Source: Malacoraja senta (lineage: Eukaryota). Taken from it: 42,139 bases of DNA. The notes under the pieces are model-generated. The model had not been told where the DNA came from and made no database searches. It saw only the letters and a program-made list of their open reading frames with translations. Below are positions 24,924 to 36,928 of this stretch, piece by piece. The first letter of the stretch is position 1. Each line of letters opens with the position of its first letter. Both the position numbers and the translations under genes were made by a program. The stretch covers positions 1 to 42,139 of the forward strand of contig JAXLNO010000035.1 of the NCBI GenBank assembly GCA_038087875.1, read 5' to 3'.

Positions 24924-25436
24924 TTCACCTGCATCTCATCCAACCTTATCTATTGCATCCGCTGCTCCAGATGTCAGCTGATCTACATCGGTGAGACCAA
25001 GCGTAGGCTTGGCGATCGTTTCGCCAAACACCTCCGCTCGGTCCGCATTAACCAACCTGATCTCCCTGTGGCTCAGCACTTCAACTCCCCCTCCCATTCC
25101 GAATCCGACCTTTCTGTCCTGGGCCTCCTCCATGGCCAGAGTGAGTAACACCGGAAATTGGAGGAGCAGCACCTCATATTCCGCTTGGGCAGTCTGCACC
25201 CTAGCGGCATAAACATTGACTTCTTCAATTTCCGGTAGCCCTTGCTGTCTCCTCCCCTTCTCAGCTCTCCCTCAGCCCTCGGGCTCCTCCTCTTCCTTTC
25301 TCCTTTCTTCTCCCCCCCCCCCACCCCCCCACCCTACATCAGTCTGAATAAGGGTTTCGGCCCGAAACGTTGCCTATTTCCTTCGCTCCATAGATGCTGC
25401 TGCACCCGCTGAGTTTCTCCAGCACTTTTGTCTACC
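24924..25436 (+). mobile_element. 5'-truncated Penelope-like element: GIY-YIG endonuclease end plus 3' repeat with hammerhead-like motif
   Basis: Frame 24924-25238 reads FTCISSNLIYCIRCSRCQLIYIGETKRRLGDRFAKHLRSV...PVAQHFN...SE*HRKLEEQHLIFRLGSLHPSGINIDF (one internal stop at 25146). 13-bp TSD aatgacattttag at 24911-24923 and 25437-25449. An older copy of the same C-terminus lies at about 24740-24850. Confidence 0.9.
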
Positions 25437-25702
25437 AATGACATTTTAGATTTGAAAGATGCTCTGTGATTTGCTGAGTGAAGTGACTGCTGATGTGATG
25501 GTGTTGGAGTAACCATCTGATCTGACGGCATGATGTTGATTTGAATCTTCATGGCATTGTTCCCAGGGGGAGGTCACAATCAGCTGAAGCAGCTGTAGAT
25601 GAATGTAGGAACAAGAAACCGCAGATCAGAAGGTCATATGGTCATAAGTGATCGGAGCAGAATTCGGCCATTTGACCCATCAAGTCTATTCCGCCATTCA
25701 AT

Positions 25703-26884
25703 CATAGAGTCCTAGAGTCATAGTGTGGAAACAGGCCCTTCGGCCCTACTTGCCCATACCGGCCAACTTGTCCCACCTGCCTGCATTTGGTCCATATCCC
25801 TCCAAACCAGTCCTATCCATGTACCTGTCTAACTATTTCTTAAATGTTGGAATAGTCCCAGCCTCAAACACCTCCTCTGGCAGTTTGTTCCATACACCAA
25901 CCACCCTTTGTGTGAAAAAATTACCTCTCAGATTCCTATTAAATCGTTTCCCTTTCACTTTGTCCTCTGGTCCTCGACTCACCTACTCTGGGCAAGAGAC
26001 CCTGTGCATCTACCAATCTATTTCTCTCATGATCTTATCCACCTCTATAAGATCACCCTCATCCTCCTGCGCTCCAAGGAATAAAGACCCATACTACTCA
26101 ACCTTTCCCTATAGCTCACATCCTCTAGTCCTGGCAACATTCTCGTAAATCTCCTCTGCATCCTTTCCAGGTTGACAACATCTTTCCGTTAACAAAGTGC
26201 CCAGAACTGAACACAATACTCTTAATGCGGCCTCACCAATGTCTTACACAACTGCAACATGACCTCCCAACTTCTACACACAATACTCTGACTGATAAAG
26301 GCCAATGTGCCAAAAGCCTTTTTGACCACCCAATCTACCTGCGACTTCACCTTCAAGGCACTATGCACCTGCATTCCTAGATACCTCTGATCTATAACAC
26401 TACCCAGAGCGCTACCATACACTGTGTAAGTCCTGCCCTGTTAGACTTCCCAAAATGCAACACCTCACATTTCTCTGCAGTCTCTGCAATCATGGCTGAT
26501 CTATCTCTCCCTCCTAACCCCATTCTCCGGCCTTCTCCCCATAACCCCTGACACCTGTACTAATCAAGAATCTGTCTATTTCTGACTTAAAATTATACAT
26601 TGACTTGGCCTCCAAAGCCTTCTGTGGCAAAGAATTCCACAGATTCATCACCCCCTGACTAAAGAAATTCCTCCTCATCTCCTTCCTAAAGGAACATCCT
26701 TTAATTCTAAGGATATGCCCTTTAGTTCTAGACTCTCCCACTAGTGGAAATATTCTTTCCACATCCACTCTATCTAAGGCTTTCACTATTCGGTACGTTT
26801 CAATGAGGTCCCCCCTTATTCTTCCAAACTTCAGCGAGTAGAGGCCCAATGCCGTCAAACGCTCATCATATGTCAACGCACTCA
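25703..26884 (-). mobile_element. Two adjacent CR1 3' fragments (about 25703-26475 and about 26487-26884)
   Basis: Minus strand encodes VVKKAFGTLAFISQSI..KTLVRPH and YDERLTALGLYSL..RGDLIETYRI..FFSQGVMNLWNSLP. Confidence 0.85.
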
Positions 26885-28345
26885 TGAGGGGTTTGTAGGT
26901 TAATTGGCTTTGGTAAAATTGTAAGTTGTTCCTAGTGTGTGGGATAGTGCCAGTGTTCGGGGGGATCATTGGTTGGCGCAGACCCGGTGGGCCGAAGGGC
27001 CTGTATCCCCGCTTTATCTCTAAAGTGTAAAGTCTAAAAGTAAAGAATGAAAGAGAGATTTAGCGGGTGATGTCTGGATAAGGGATTAAATAACCTGCAG
27101 AAATGGTTGTGTATCCTTTGAATTAAAAGACTAATGTGTGATTAGATGCAGTGATAGTGCTCCCGCCAGCACTTTCTGTTTGTCTCAAGATTCCTACATC
27201 TGCAGCTCTTTGTTAAAGGAAATAGTAGGGCATTCAGAGCGAAACTATTTCTGTTGGCCAGGATATGTGCAAGTAAGGTCCATCTAAATATTGGGAATGA
27301 AATTTGCAAACATTCCCACACTGAGGGATCAGCTTACTTGTAAAACGACAAACATCGGCAGGTCAATTGCTAGTTATCTCTGAGGTCGACATATGTCTGC
27401 TAACCCAAGATATATATGGTGGTGCAGTGAGGGTGGGTTTCTGGAGTAAGGGGCTTGGATTGAGGGGCAGATTGGCCTCCTCCATTCTGATGTGACCGTG
27501 ATGGAATGCTGGAGCAAGGATGTGGGCAGGAGTATCAGGAGCTGGTGGGACTGGAATTCACATGTTCGGGGATCTGTGTAGCCAACAGCATGGTGTGCCC
27601 AAGGGCGGAACGGTGGCGCAGCGGTAGAGTTGCTGCCTCACAGCAACTGAAACCCAGGTTCCATCCTGACTATGGGTGTTGTCTGTACGTTCTCCCGAAG
27701 TTTTATCTGGGAGCTCCGGTTTCCTCCCACGCTCCAAAGACATACAAGTTTGTAAGCTAATAGGCTTCTGTAAGTTGGCCCTAGTGTGTAGGATAGAACT
27801 AGTGTGAACGGGTGATCATTGATAGGTGCGGACTCGGTGGGCCGAATGGCCTGTTTCCACACTGTATCTAAAGTCTAAAGTCTTGTCACTGTATCTATCC
27901 ATCTCCCATTATTTTCTCAGCAGTATTTTCTATATATAATTTCCAATTACTATCTAACTAATTACAGTTAGTAATTAAAACATAGAACATGGAACAGAAT
28001 AGTTCATAGAACAAGCCCTCCGGCCCCATAAGGTCTATGCTGAACAAAAATCAAGATAAACGATTCTCCACTGCCTGCCTGCACCACCACCCACCGCAAC
28101 AATTTCCAGGCATCAACCACTCTCTGCATTGAAAATCCTGTCTGCACACCTTTAAATTTTCCCTCTCTCACCTCGTCTTTGGCATTTCCACCACGGAAGG
28201 AAAGTTCTGACTGCCGACCTCTGTGCCTCACATAATTCTATACACTTCTGTCAGGTTTCCCTTCAATCTCCAATGCCCAAAATCTAACATATGATTCATG
28301 TTTCATTTACTGAAAATGCTGGAAACAGAGGTAATGTTACTCAGA

Positions 28346-28552
28346 ATGTTTAAGATAGAACTGCATGCAGATGCTGGAAAAATCAAAGATAGACAAAAAT
28401 GCTGGCGAAACTCAGCGGGTGAGGCAGCATCTACGGAGAGAAGGAAATAGGTGACGTTTCGGGTCGAGACCCCTCCTCTATCGTCACCTATTCCTTCTCT
28501 CCGTAGATGCTGCCTCACCTGCTGAGATTCTCCAGCATTTTTTGTCGACCTG
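28346..28552. mobile_element. Penelope-derived foldback insertion
   Basis: Inverted arms. TSD atgttac(t/a)caga at 28334-28345 and 28553-28564. Confidence 0.7.
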
Positions 28553-29913
28553 ATGTTACACAGATGAGCCGCTGACAGTTCCCAGCAGTGTCTGTTATTG
28601 TTTCAGAAGTCGAGCAATTGCAGAGTTTTGATTTTCTGGGGTTTGGTCATAATTTAAACAGCTGGTAGAGCTGCTGCCTCAGAGCGCCAGAGACCCGGCT
28701 TCCATCCTGACATTGGGCGCTGTCTGTGTGGAGTTTGCACGTTCTCCCTGTGACCGCATGGGTTTCCTCCGGGTGCTCCGGTTTCCTCCCACATTGCAGA
28801 GATGTGCGGGTTTGTAGGTTCATTGGCCTCGTAAACTGTCCCTTGTGTGTAGGAGGTGGATGCAAAAGTGGGATAACAACGAACCAGTGTGAACGAGTGG
28901 TTGCTGATCGGAGTGGACTTGGGAGACCGAAGGGCCTGTTTCCATGCTGTATCTCTATACTAAACTCAACAAATTGGCTTAATATGTTAACAGTTTATAG
29001 TGGAACTGTAACGCTGTCATACACAAACTAGGGACTAATTATAATTATACCAAGCCAAATAATCTACAAACTACAACTCTTAAATCCTGTCTCACACCTT
29101 CTGGTTTTATCTCTGGACTTTGTTCCAGCCATCCGCTTACCAAAACCCCCCTTGACTGCGTCCACGCATTACCTGCCATAATTTGTCCTGCCTCTCCCCT
29201 TTTCCAGCTTTCTTCTCCCCCCCCCCCCGCCCCCAAACAATATCAGAAGAAGGGTTCAATCTTGACTATGGGTGCTGTCTGTACGGAGTTTGCATGTTCT
29301 CCCTGTGATCGCGTGGGTTTCCTCCGGGTGCTCCGGTTTCCTCGCACACTCCAAAGACGTACAGGTTTGTAGGTTAATAGGCTTCTGTAATTTGTCCCGA
29401 GTGTGTAGGATAGAACTAGTGTGAACGGGTGATCATGGGTCGATGTGGACTTGGTGAGCCGAAGGACATGTTTCCACGCTGTACCTCCAAAACGAAAAAA
29501 CTAAAACTGCTCCCCTGACACCCTGTCCCGGTCACATACCTGTGGAATATTTCTGGAGTCCCCCATGATGTCTGGTGGTTGCAGTGGTTCTTGTGTTCCC
29601 CCCGCGTCTCCTCACGCCCCCTCTGATTTCCACCCAGCAGCCTGGCTCTCCCTTGAGCTGTACCTTGGCTTGCACTGTGATCATGTATCAGAGCTCGTGG
29701 ACATCCTGAAGATAACGATTCGCAAGTGGAAAGGAAGCACTTGCGCAATCTCCACAGTCGTGCCACCTCCTCGAGGCTTTGAGATCCAGATGATAACCGG
29801 TTGCTCTGCACGATTAAGAATCTGTATTAAGCGGCCGCAGGCAATTTCATTCTGTTGTGAAGAATCCCCATGGTTGTAACATTGTGCTCCTACGAAGCAG
29901 AGGGGACAGATTA

Positions 29914-30349
29914 GTACTGGGCTTGTACACTCTGAAGTTTAGATGGATGAGAGGGGATCTCATTGAAACATATAAGATTGTTGAGGGCTTGGACACGCTA
30001 GAGGCAGGAAACATGTTCCCGATGTTGGGGGAGTCCAGAACCAGGGGCCGCAGTTTAAGAATAAGAAGTAAGCCATTTAGAACGGAGATGAGGAAACACT
30101 TTTTCTCACAGAGAGTTGTGAGTCTGTGGAATTCTCTGCCTCAGAGGGCGGTGGAGGCAGGTTCTCTGGATGCTTTCAAGAGAGAGCTAGATAGGGCTCT
30201 TAAAAATAGCAGAGTCAGGGGATATGGGGAGAAGGCAGGAACGGGGTACTGATTGGGGATGATCAGCCATGATCACATTAAATGGCGGTGTTGGCTTGAA
30301 GGGCCAAATGGCCTACTCCTGCACCTATTGTCTATTGTCTATTGTCTAT
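29914..30349 (+). mobile_element. CR1 3' fragment
   Basis: Encodes LGLYTL..MRGDLIETYKI..FFSQRVVSLWNSLP..AFKRELD; ends in (ctattgt)n. Confidence 0.9.
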
Positions 30350-31119
30350 TAGTTTAGTTCAGTTTAGTTTAGGAAACAGGCCCTTCGGCCCACCGAGTCG
30401 CCACTGACCATCGATCCCCACTATCCTACACACTAGGGACAATTTTGCAATTTTACCAAAGTCAATTAACCTACAAACCTGTATGTCTTTGGAGCATTGG
30501 AGGAAACCGGGGCGCCCGGAGAACACCCACATGGGTCACGGTGAGAATGGAAAAACTCCGTACAGACAGCACCCATAGTCAGGATCGAACCCGGGTCCCT
30601 GGCGCTATGAGGCAGCAACTCTGCCGCTGCACCACCATGCAGCCCACATATTGGGAATTCTAGGAACTCTGCCCAATGCAGGGATATGGGAACCGTGCAG
30701 TAAAATGGTGCTGAGGTAAAGCATCAGTCGTGATATTGATGAATGGTGGAAGAGGCTGGATGGACTGACTGGCCTGCAGACTAGTTCTTCTGGTTTCCAC
30801 AGTGTGGAAACTGCCTTTCATCTGCACTCGCTCTGTAGCTGCCCGAAACGTTGCCTATTTCCTTCGCTCCATAGATGCTGCCGCACCCGCTGAGTTTCTC
30901 CAGCACTTTTGTCGGCCTTCGATTTTCCAGCATCTGCAGTTCCTTCTTAAACATTATAGTTTGCTCTTTGTTTCTTTTCTCTTTTTGCACTACCTTGATG
31001 TATAATCTGCCTGGACAAGACACAAAACACAGCTTCTCACTATCATCTCCGTGACAATAATCAACCAGTAGCAATAAAATCAAAGACATTAACATAACAT
31101 TTGTGCCACCAGTTAAAGT

Positions 31120-31290
31120 GGGGAAATTTACACTCCTAGTCGGCGGGTTTGAACAAGAGAGACAATAATTGGTGCATCTTCATAGATAATCTAATCTCCT
31201 CATCTAAAGAAATTTTACTAATACGGCATAGGGTAAAGTCCTGGTTGGAGTATTCCAGTACGTCATGCTCTAGCTAACGTTTATAAGGGT
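31120..31290 (+). promoter_or_regulatory. Candidate proximal promoter of the second TNFSF gene
   Basis: TATA-like tttataa at 31280-31286. Imperfect NF-kB-like motifs ggggaaatttac (31120-31131) and ggagtattcc (31247-31256), in unique sequence just upstream of the ATG. Confidence 0.45.
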
Positions 31291-31342
31291 CACTGAGAGA
31301 GCAGCCTAGAAAGTTTTTGAAGCGAGCTGCGGTGTTGTCAAG

Positions 31343-31519
31343 ATGCAGAAGGACTCCTGCGTTGATGCAGAGTATGCGATGTTCAGGACTTCCCAGACGA
31401 GCGTCGCAGCAAAGCACCACTGCAGCTTGTTGCTGCTTACCCTCCTTGTTACTCTGCAGTGGGTGGCAATTGCAGGCATGGGCTGCTTCGTCTTGTTCTA
31501 TATCGATGTGCTCAAGAAG
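31343..31519 (+). CDS. Exon 1 of a divergent TNF-superfamily ligand: cytoplasmic tail and type II transmembrane helix
   Basis: MQKDSCVDAEYAMFRTSQTSVAAKHHCSLLLLTLLVTLQWVAIAGMGCFVLFYIDVLKK followed by donor AAG|gtaaca (phase 0). Contains a hydrophobic run of about 25 aa. A TATA-like tttataa lies about 60 nt upstream. Confidence 0.8.
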
Positions 31520-31600
31520 GTAACAACTTTTTGTTTGATATTAAAACTCTGTGTTGTGTATCTGAAATAAGGAGATTTTTGCAGCTTACAACCCAGCCGC

Positions 31601-32290
31601 CTTTGATGTCTCCTTCTCACACCTTACCCATCCATATCTCTATGTCTCCCTCTCCCTCTCAGTCTGAAGAAGGGTCTCGACCTGAAACATCACCCATTCC
31701 TTTTATCCAGAGATGCTGCATTTTGTGTGAATATGGACTTCTCTAACTTCAAGTAACCCTTGCTTTCCCTCTCTCTCTGTCCCTTTGATGTCTCCTTCTC
31801 ACACCTTACCCATCCATATCTCTATGTCTCCCTCTCCCTCTCAGTCTGAAGAAGGGTCTCGACCTGAAACGTCACCCATTCCTTTTATCCAGAGATGCTG
31901 CATTTTGTGTGAATATGGACTTCTCTAACTTCAAGTAACCCTTGCTTTCCCTCTCTCTCTGTCCCTCCCCCACCCTAGTTCTCCAACTAGTTTCACTGTC
32001 CTTCTGATTAGATTTTACTGATTGTATGCCTTGTTGTCACCTTCCCCTCAGCTAACAACGAGCTATTCTACATTATCCTTGAGCTTCGCCCCCTTTGATC
32101 TCTCCTTTTCACACCACACCCTTCCATATCTCTGTGTCTCCCTCACCCCTGACTCTCCGTCTGAAGAAGGGTCTCGACCCAAAATGTCAACTCTTCCTTC
32201 TCTCCAGAGATGCTGCCTGTCCCGCTGAGTTACTCCAGCTTTTTGTGTCTACCTTCGGTGTAAACCAGCATCTGAAGATCCTTCCTACAG
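31601..32290 (+). mobile_element. Penelope-derived 3' repeat region with a 182-bp tandem duplication and three sense hammerhead-like motifs, in intron 1
   Basis: Unit 31601-31782 is repeated near-identically at 31783-31964. Motifs ctgaagaagggtctcgacc(t/c)(g/a)aaa begin at 31664, 31846 and 32161. Confidence 0.8.
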
Positions 32291-32646
32291 ATTTTCGCAC
32301 AGTTCGGGTTAGCGAGAGATTCCGGGCGTGTCGCCAATCCTCACCGGTAACGGCAGCTTTGCAACAACAGCATCGTCTTGCAAACCCAATTATGGAAGGA
32401 CATTTCTGGAGTAACTCAGAGGGTCAGGCAACATCTCTGGGGAAAAGGATTAGGTGACGTTTTTGGTCAAGACCCTTCTTCAGACTCTTCAGGTCTCAAC
32501 CCAAAACGGCACCTACTCCTTTTCTCCAGATATGCTGCCTGATCCGCTGAATTACTCCAGCATCTTCTGTCTATCTTCGGTATAAACCAACAACTGCAGT
32601 TCCTCCCTGCACATAGAAGCACACTGCTGGCTCCCCTCTGCAAAAC

Positions 32647-33295
32647 ATAATGAGAGGAGTTGAGTATAGGAGCAAAGAGGTCCTTCTGCAGTTGTACAGG
32701 GCCCTTGTGAGACCACATCTGGAGTATTGTGTGCAGTTTTGGTCTCCTAATTTGAGGACGGACACCCTTGCTATTGAGGCAGTGCAGCGTAGGTTCACGA
32801 GGTTAATCCCCGGGGTAGTGGGACAGTCATATGAGGAAAGGTTGGAAAGACTGGGCTTGTATTCACTGGAATATAGAAGGATGAGAGAGGATCTTATAGA
32901 AATGTATAAAATTATAAAAGGTCTGGGCAAGCTAGAGGCAGGAAAGATGTTCCCAATGATGGGGGGAGTCCAGAACCAGGGGCCAAAGATAGGGGAGTCT
33001 AGAAAGGGGAGGCAATTTAAAACTGAGATGGGGAAAAAAAAATTCACCCAGAGAGTTGTGAATTTGTGGAATTCTCTGCGACAGAAGGCAGTGGAGGCCA
33101 ATTCACTGGATGAATTTAAAAGAGAGTTAGATAGAGCTCTTGGGGCTAGCGGAATCAAGGGATATGGGGAGAAGGCAGGCACGGGTTACTGATTGTGGAT
33201 GATCAGCCATGATCACAATGAATGGCGGTGCTGGCTCGAAGGGCCAAATGGCCTCCTCCTGCACCTATTTTCTATGTTTCTATGTTCTATGTTTC
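32647..33295 (+). mobile_element. CR1 3' fragment in intron 1 of the second TNFSF gene
   Basis: Encodes LYRALVRPHLEYCVQFWSP..QRRFTRLIPG..YEERLERLGLYSLE; ends in (tttctatg)n. Confidence 0.9.
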
Positions 33296-33950
33296 TGACA
33301 GACCAAGATAACTGTGGTTGAGAGAAGGCTGATGAGAAACATTACTTGGTAGACACAAAATGCTGGAGTAACTCAGCGGGTGAGGCAGCAACTCTGGAGA
33401 GAAGGAATGGGCGACGTTGCGGGTCGAGACCCTTCTTCAGAAACATGACTTGTTTGTTACGTGGTTTGGTGCAATCTAGTCAGCAAATGATGCAATCAGC
33501 ACTTTGGTTCAATCTCACAGGTTGTTTTCCCACACAATGTGTGAACGGGAGGAATCTGCTCCCAGACAAGGGGAACGCCTTCAGATAAAGTTGCTCCCAC
33601 CACTCATTCAGCCGGACCAGTCCCTCCGCAGTATTCAGCGTGCAGATCTTCTGCAACCTCTCCAAACGCTGGGATGCTTCTGGGCCACCGCTGTTTGATT
33701 TGAATAACTTTTATTCTGAATTGTCAATGTCCCTCACTCTCACAGACCACAGAGTGTCTGACCTTCCCTCTGCACACCTAGACAGGGGCAACAACTGTGC
33801 AGTCCCTGGAAGTGCAAGGATGTGTAAATATAATAATATTTTAACTGTCTTTTGTCAAGATTCTTACGGACATTTTAACAATCCTCTTGATTTTAAACCA
33901 ACAGTTAAAAATCATCTCCTTCCCAAATCCATTCTGCATTAATTTTTTTG

Positions 33951-35992
33951 GGGGCGGCACAGTGGCGCAGCAGTAGAGCCACTGCCTCACAGCACCAGAG
34001 GCTCGGGTTCGATCCAGACCTCGGATGCTGTCTGTGCGGAGTTTGCACGTTCTCCCTGTGAACGCGTGGGTTTTCTCCAGCCGCTCCGGTTTTCTCCCGC
34101 ATCCCAAAGACGTGCGGATTTGCAAGTTAATTGAGGTCTGTAAATTGCCCCTAGTGTGTAGGATGTGAAAGTGGGATAACATAGAACTAGTGCATACGTG
34201 ATGGTCGGATAGAGGTCCTGTTTCCACATTGTATCTCTAAACTATCTCTAAAATAAATTAAAGTCCAAATGTGAAAAAAATAATGAATTTATTTGGTAAA
34301 ACATTTCTCTTTTGTTTTGAAGGACGTGAATGATCAAGTGTTGATGGAAATGAAGAACTTCTCATCTCCCAGTAAGTAAAATCACTTTGTTTTTCTCTGA
34401 TTGGTGCTGTGTTTCAATGACCTCTCCATTGATTCAGAGGGGACTGGTGCTGATGCTGGCGTCAGCATTTACTACCTGGGTCTCCTTGCCTTTGAACTGA
34501 GGCATCTGCTTCGGACTGCAGGATGGCGTGCTGAGGGACGCACTGAAGCTCGGTGCAGCCAATGCCAAAGCTTTGTGGGGGAGGACCACAGTCTAGGGTC
34601 CTTCCACTGCTGGGCATTGAGGAGTTGAGTATGGTGGGGACACCCCTCAAACAAGGGATGGGATATTACCCCCAGGGGGCCACATGAGTGGCAAAGGTGT
34701 GATGTGTACAGAGAGGTCCTAACACTAATGCGTATAACACTAGCAACATTGAATGTACAGACACTAATAACGTATTAAGAGTTTTGCACGGTTTTGGTTT
34801 AGTGTATATTTTTCATCACAAATAAGGTTTCTTTTTGACAAAAAAGAAAGGATCAGGAGTATGGTAGTGAATGGGATAAATGACCTTTGGTTTTGAAGAT
34901 CTTGAATAACCAAGTGTTGGTTATTCACTCCTTTATACCATGTTGCATTAAGAACATGCGCTATTATGGTTTCACTACCGGGTATTACCGATGATTTGTT
35001 GTGTTATTGTTGTTACACTGAAGCAAGTAAGAATTTCTTTGTTCGGGTCTTGGTGCCTTATACAATTCAACACCTTTAACTCTTGACTCTTTATCAGATA
35101 ATCATTATACTTTATCTAATTTTCATTGAGTGATAAACAGTTCAGTCAGCAGCTCATGATTCAGCACAATTAAGCACTTGCTAAATAATACAAACACAGT
35201 CTCAGGAAGTAAAAATAGTCATAAATAGTAGAGAGGTATTGCACAGAACAGGCCCTTCGGCCCACTGAGTCCGTGCTAACCATCAACCACCAAGGTCGTG
35301 TACGTTTGTTGGGTAATCGACTTCTGTAAATTGTCCCGAGAGTGTACGATAGAACTAGTGTACGGGGTGATTGCTGGTCGGCGCGGACATGGTGGGCAAT
35401 AAGTCCTGTTTCCACAGTGTATCTCTAAGCTAAACTAGACTAGACTAGACTAGACTAGACTGGACTAAACTAACCACCCATTTACACCAATACTAAGTTA
35501 ATCCCATTTTTTATTCCACCTACCACCCCATCAATTCCGCCCCGATTCTACCTCACACCAAGCAGTGGGGGTAATATATTGATGGACCTGCATTTCTTTA
35601 AGAGTTGTTTATAACAGGTTAAGGTGCCTTTATCCCAAACCTTTATCAAGGGTGTGAAGAATGGTGCCTGATCCACTAAGTTACTCTAGCACTTTGTGTC
35701 TATTTCTATCCCAGTGTTACCTGAGTTACTCCATCACAGTGGTGAGCTTCTGTCTCACAGCGCTAGGGACTCGGGCTATGGGTGCTGTCTGTGCGAAGTT
35801 TGTATATTCTACCTGTGACCGTGTGCTCCGGTTTCCTCCCACATTCCAAAGACGTGCGGGTTTCTAGGTTAATTAGCCTGCGTAAATTGTCCCTCTTGTG
35901 TAGGACAGAAATAGTTGCATGGGTGATCGATGGTCGGTGTGGACTCGCTGGGCCGATGGGCCTGTTTCCCTGCTGCATCTCTAAACTAAACT
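33951..35992. mobile_element. Intronic V-SINE copies at about 33951-34250 (+), 35235-35470 (rearranged) and 35750-35992 (+)
   Basis: Family core and tails, including (ctaga)n at about 35435-35470. Confidence 0.75.
34323..34371 (+). CDS. Exon 2 (49 nt, stalk) of the divergent TNF-superfamily ligand
   Basis: Acceptor tttctcttttgttttgaAG and strong donor A|gtaagt. Encodes DVNDQVLMEMKNFSSP+1 nt. Phase 0 in and phase 1 out links exon 1 to exon 3 in frame. Confidence 0.75.
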
Positions 35993-36252
35993 GAAGGTAG
36001 AGCAATGGGGGAAGATACAGAGTGCAGAATATAGTTCTCACCATCAGTTTAGACAAACTAAATCTGTTGCACGGAGTTCGCCCATAAAAATGGCTCCAGT
36101 GTCAAGTAGCAACGGAAACACCATCTCCGAGACGTGTTTGAATCCTTCATGGGAGAGGGAGCTACGGGTCACGTAGTGTTGAAGCTTTTTCGTGTGACAG
36201 GTGCTGAGAGTTTGTGAGGTTTCGCGCCTAATTTTAAAATCTATGTTTCCAG

Positions 36253-36327
36253 ATTTTCAGCCAGTGGAGAGCAGTTTATTTAAGATGAGAACACAGAAAC
36301 CAGTTGCCCACTTCACCGCCTTCACAG
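36253..36327 (+). CDS. Exon 3 (75 nt) of the divergent TNF-superfamily ligand, ending in strand A (KPVAHFT)
   Basis: Acceptor ctatgtttccAG and donor CAG|gttcgt. Encodes (N)FQPVESSLFKMRTQKPVAHFTAFT+1 nt. KPxAH is the canonical start of the TNF homology domain. Phase 1/1. Confidence 0.85.
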
Positions 36328-36928
36328 GTTCGTATTCAAACGTCATTTATTGCTTGTGTGCTTCTTGGTCTAGGATTAGAGGGCATAGGTTTAAGGTGAG
36401 AGGAGGAAAATGTAAAGGGGATTTAGAGTCATACAGCGGGCAAACAGGCCCTTTGGCTCAACTTTCTGACCCGCTGAGTAATTAACTTACTTGTAAGTCT
36501 GACCCACTTGGCAGCTTCGTCTATACTTGTCTCTTCCCATTTGTGTAAGCCAGATGTTTATAGATGTAGACTCAGGAAATAAACTGAGACAATGATTTAT
36601 TTTACTGTTAAACATCGCACGGTGCTCTAAGAGTCATCTGGACTGAAGGCAACTGAACCATCCTACCACAACAAGAGAGCAGTCCTGAACTACTATCTAC
36701 CTCATTAGGGACCCTCGGACGATCTTTGACTGGACTTTGCTGGCTTTACCTTGCGCTGAACGTTATTCCCTTATCGTGTATTTATTCAACGTAAATGGCT
36801 CGATTGTAATCAATGTACAGTCTTTCCGCTGACCGGTTAGCATTCGACAGAAAGCGTTTCACTGTACCGCGGTACACATGACGGTAAACTAAACTGAACT
36901 GATCGTCTGCGTGTTCTCCCCCTGACAG

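Larger units (their letters stand above)
26888..30642. mobile_element. Region with V-SINE copies at about 26888-27040 (+, 3' half), 27603-27882 (+), 28660-28965 (+), 29250-29505 (+) and 30350-30642 (-)
   Basis: Each carries the family core and/or tail. Confidence 0.75.

Noticed and set aside
36261..36327. Alternative exon 3 acceptor at attttcAG (36260)
   Set aside because: It gives phase 0, which is incompatible with the phase-1 end of exon 2.
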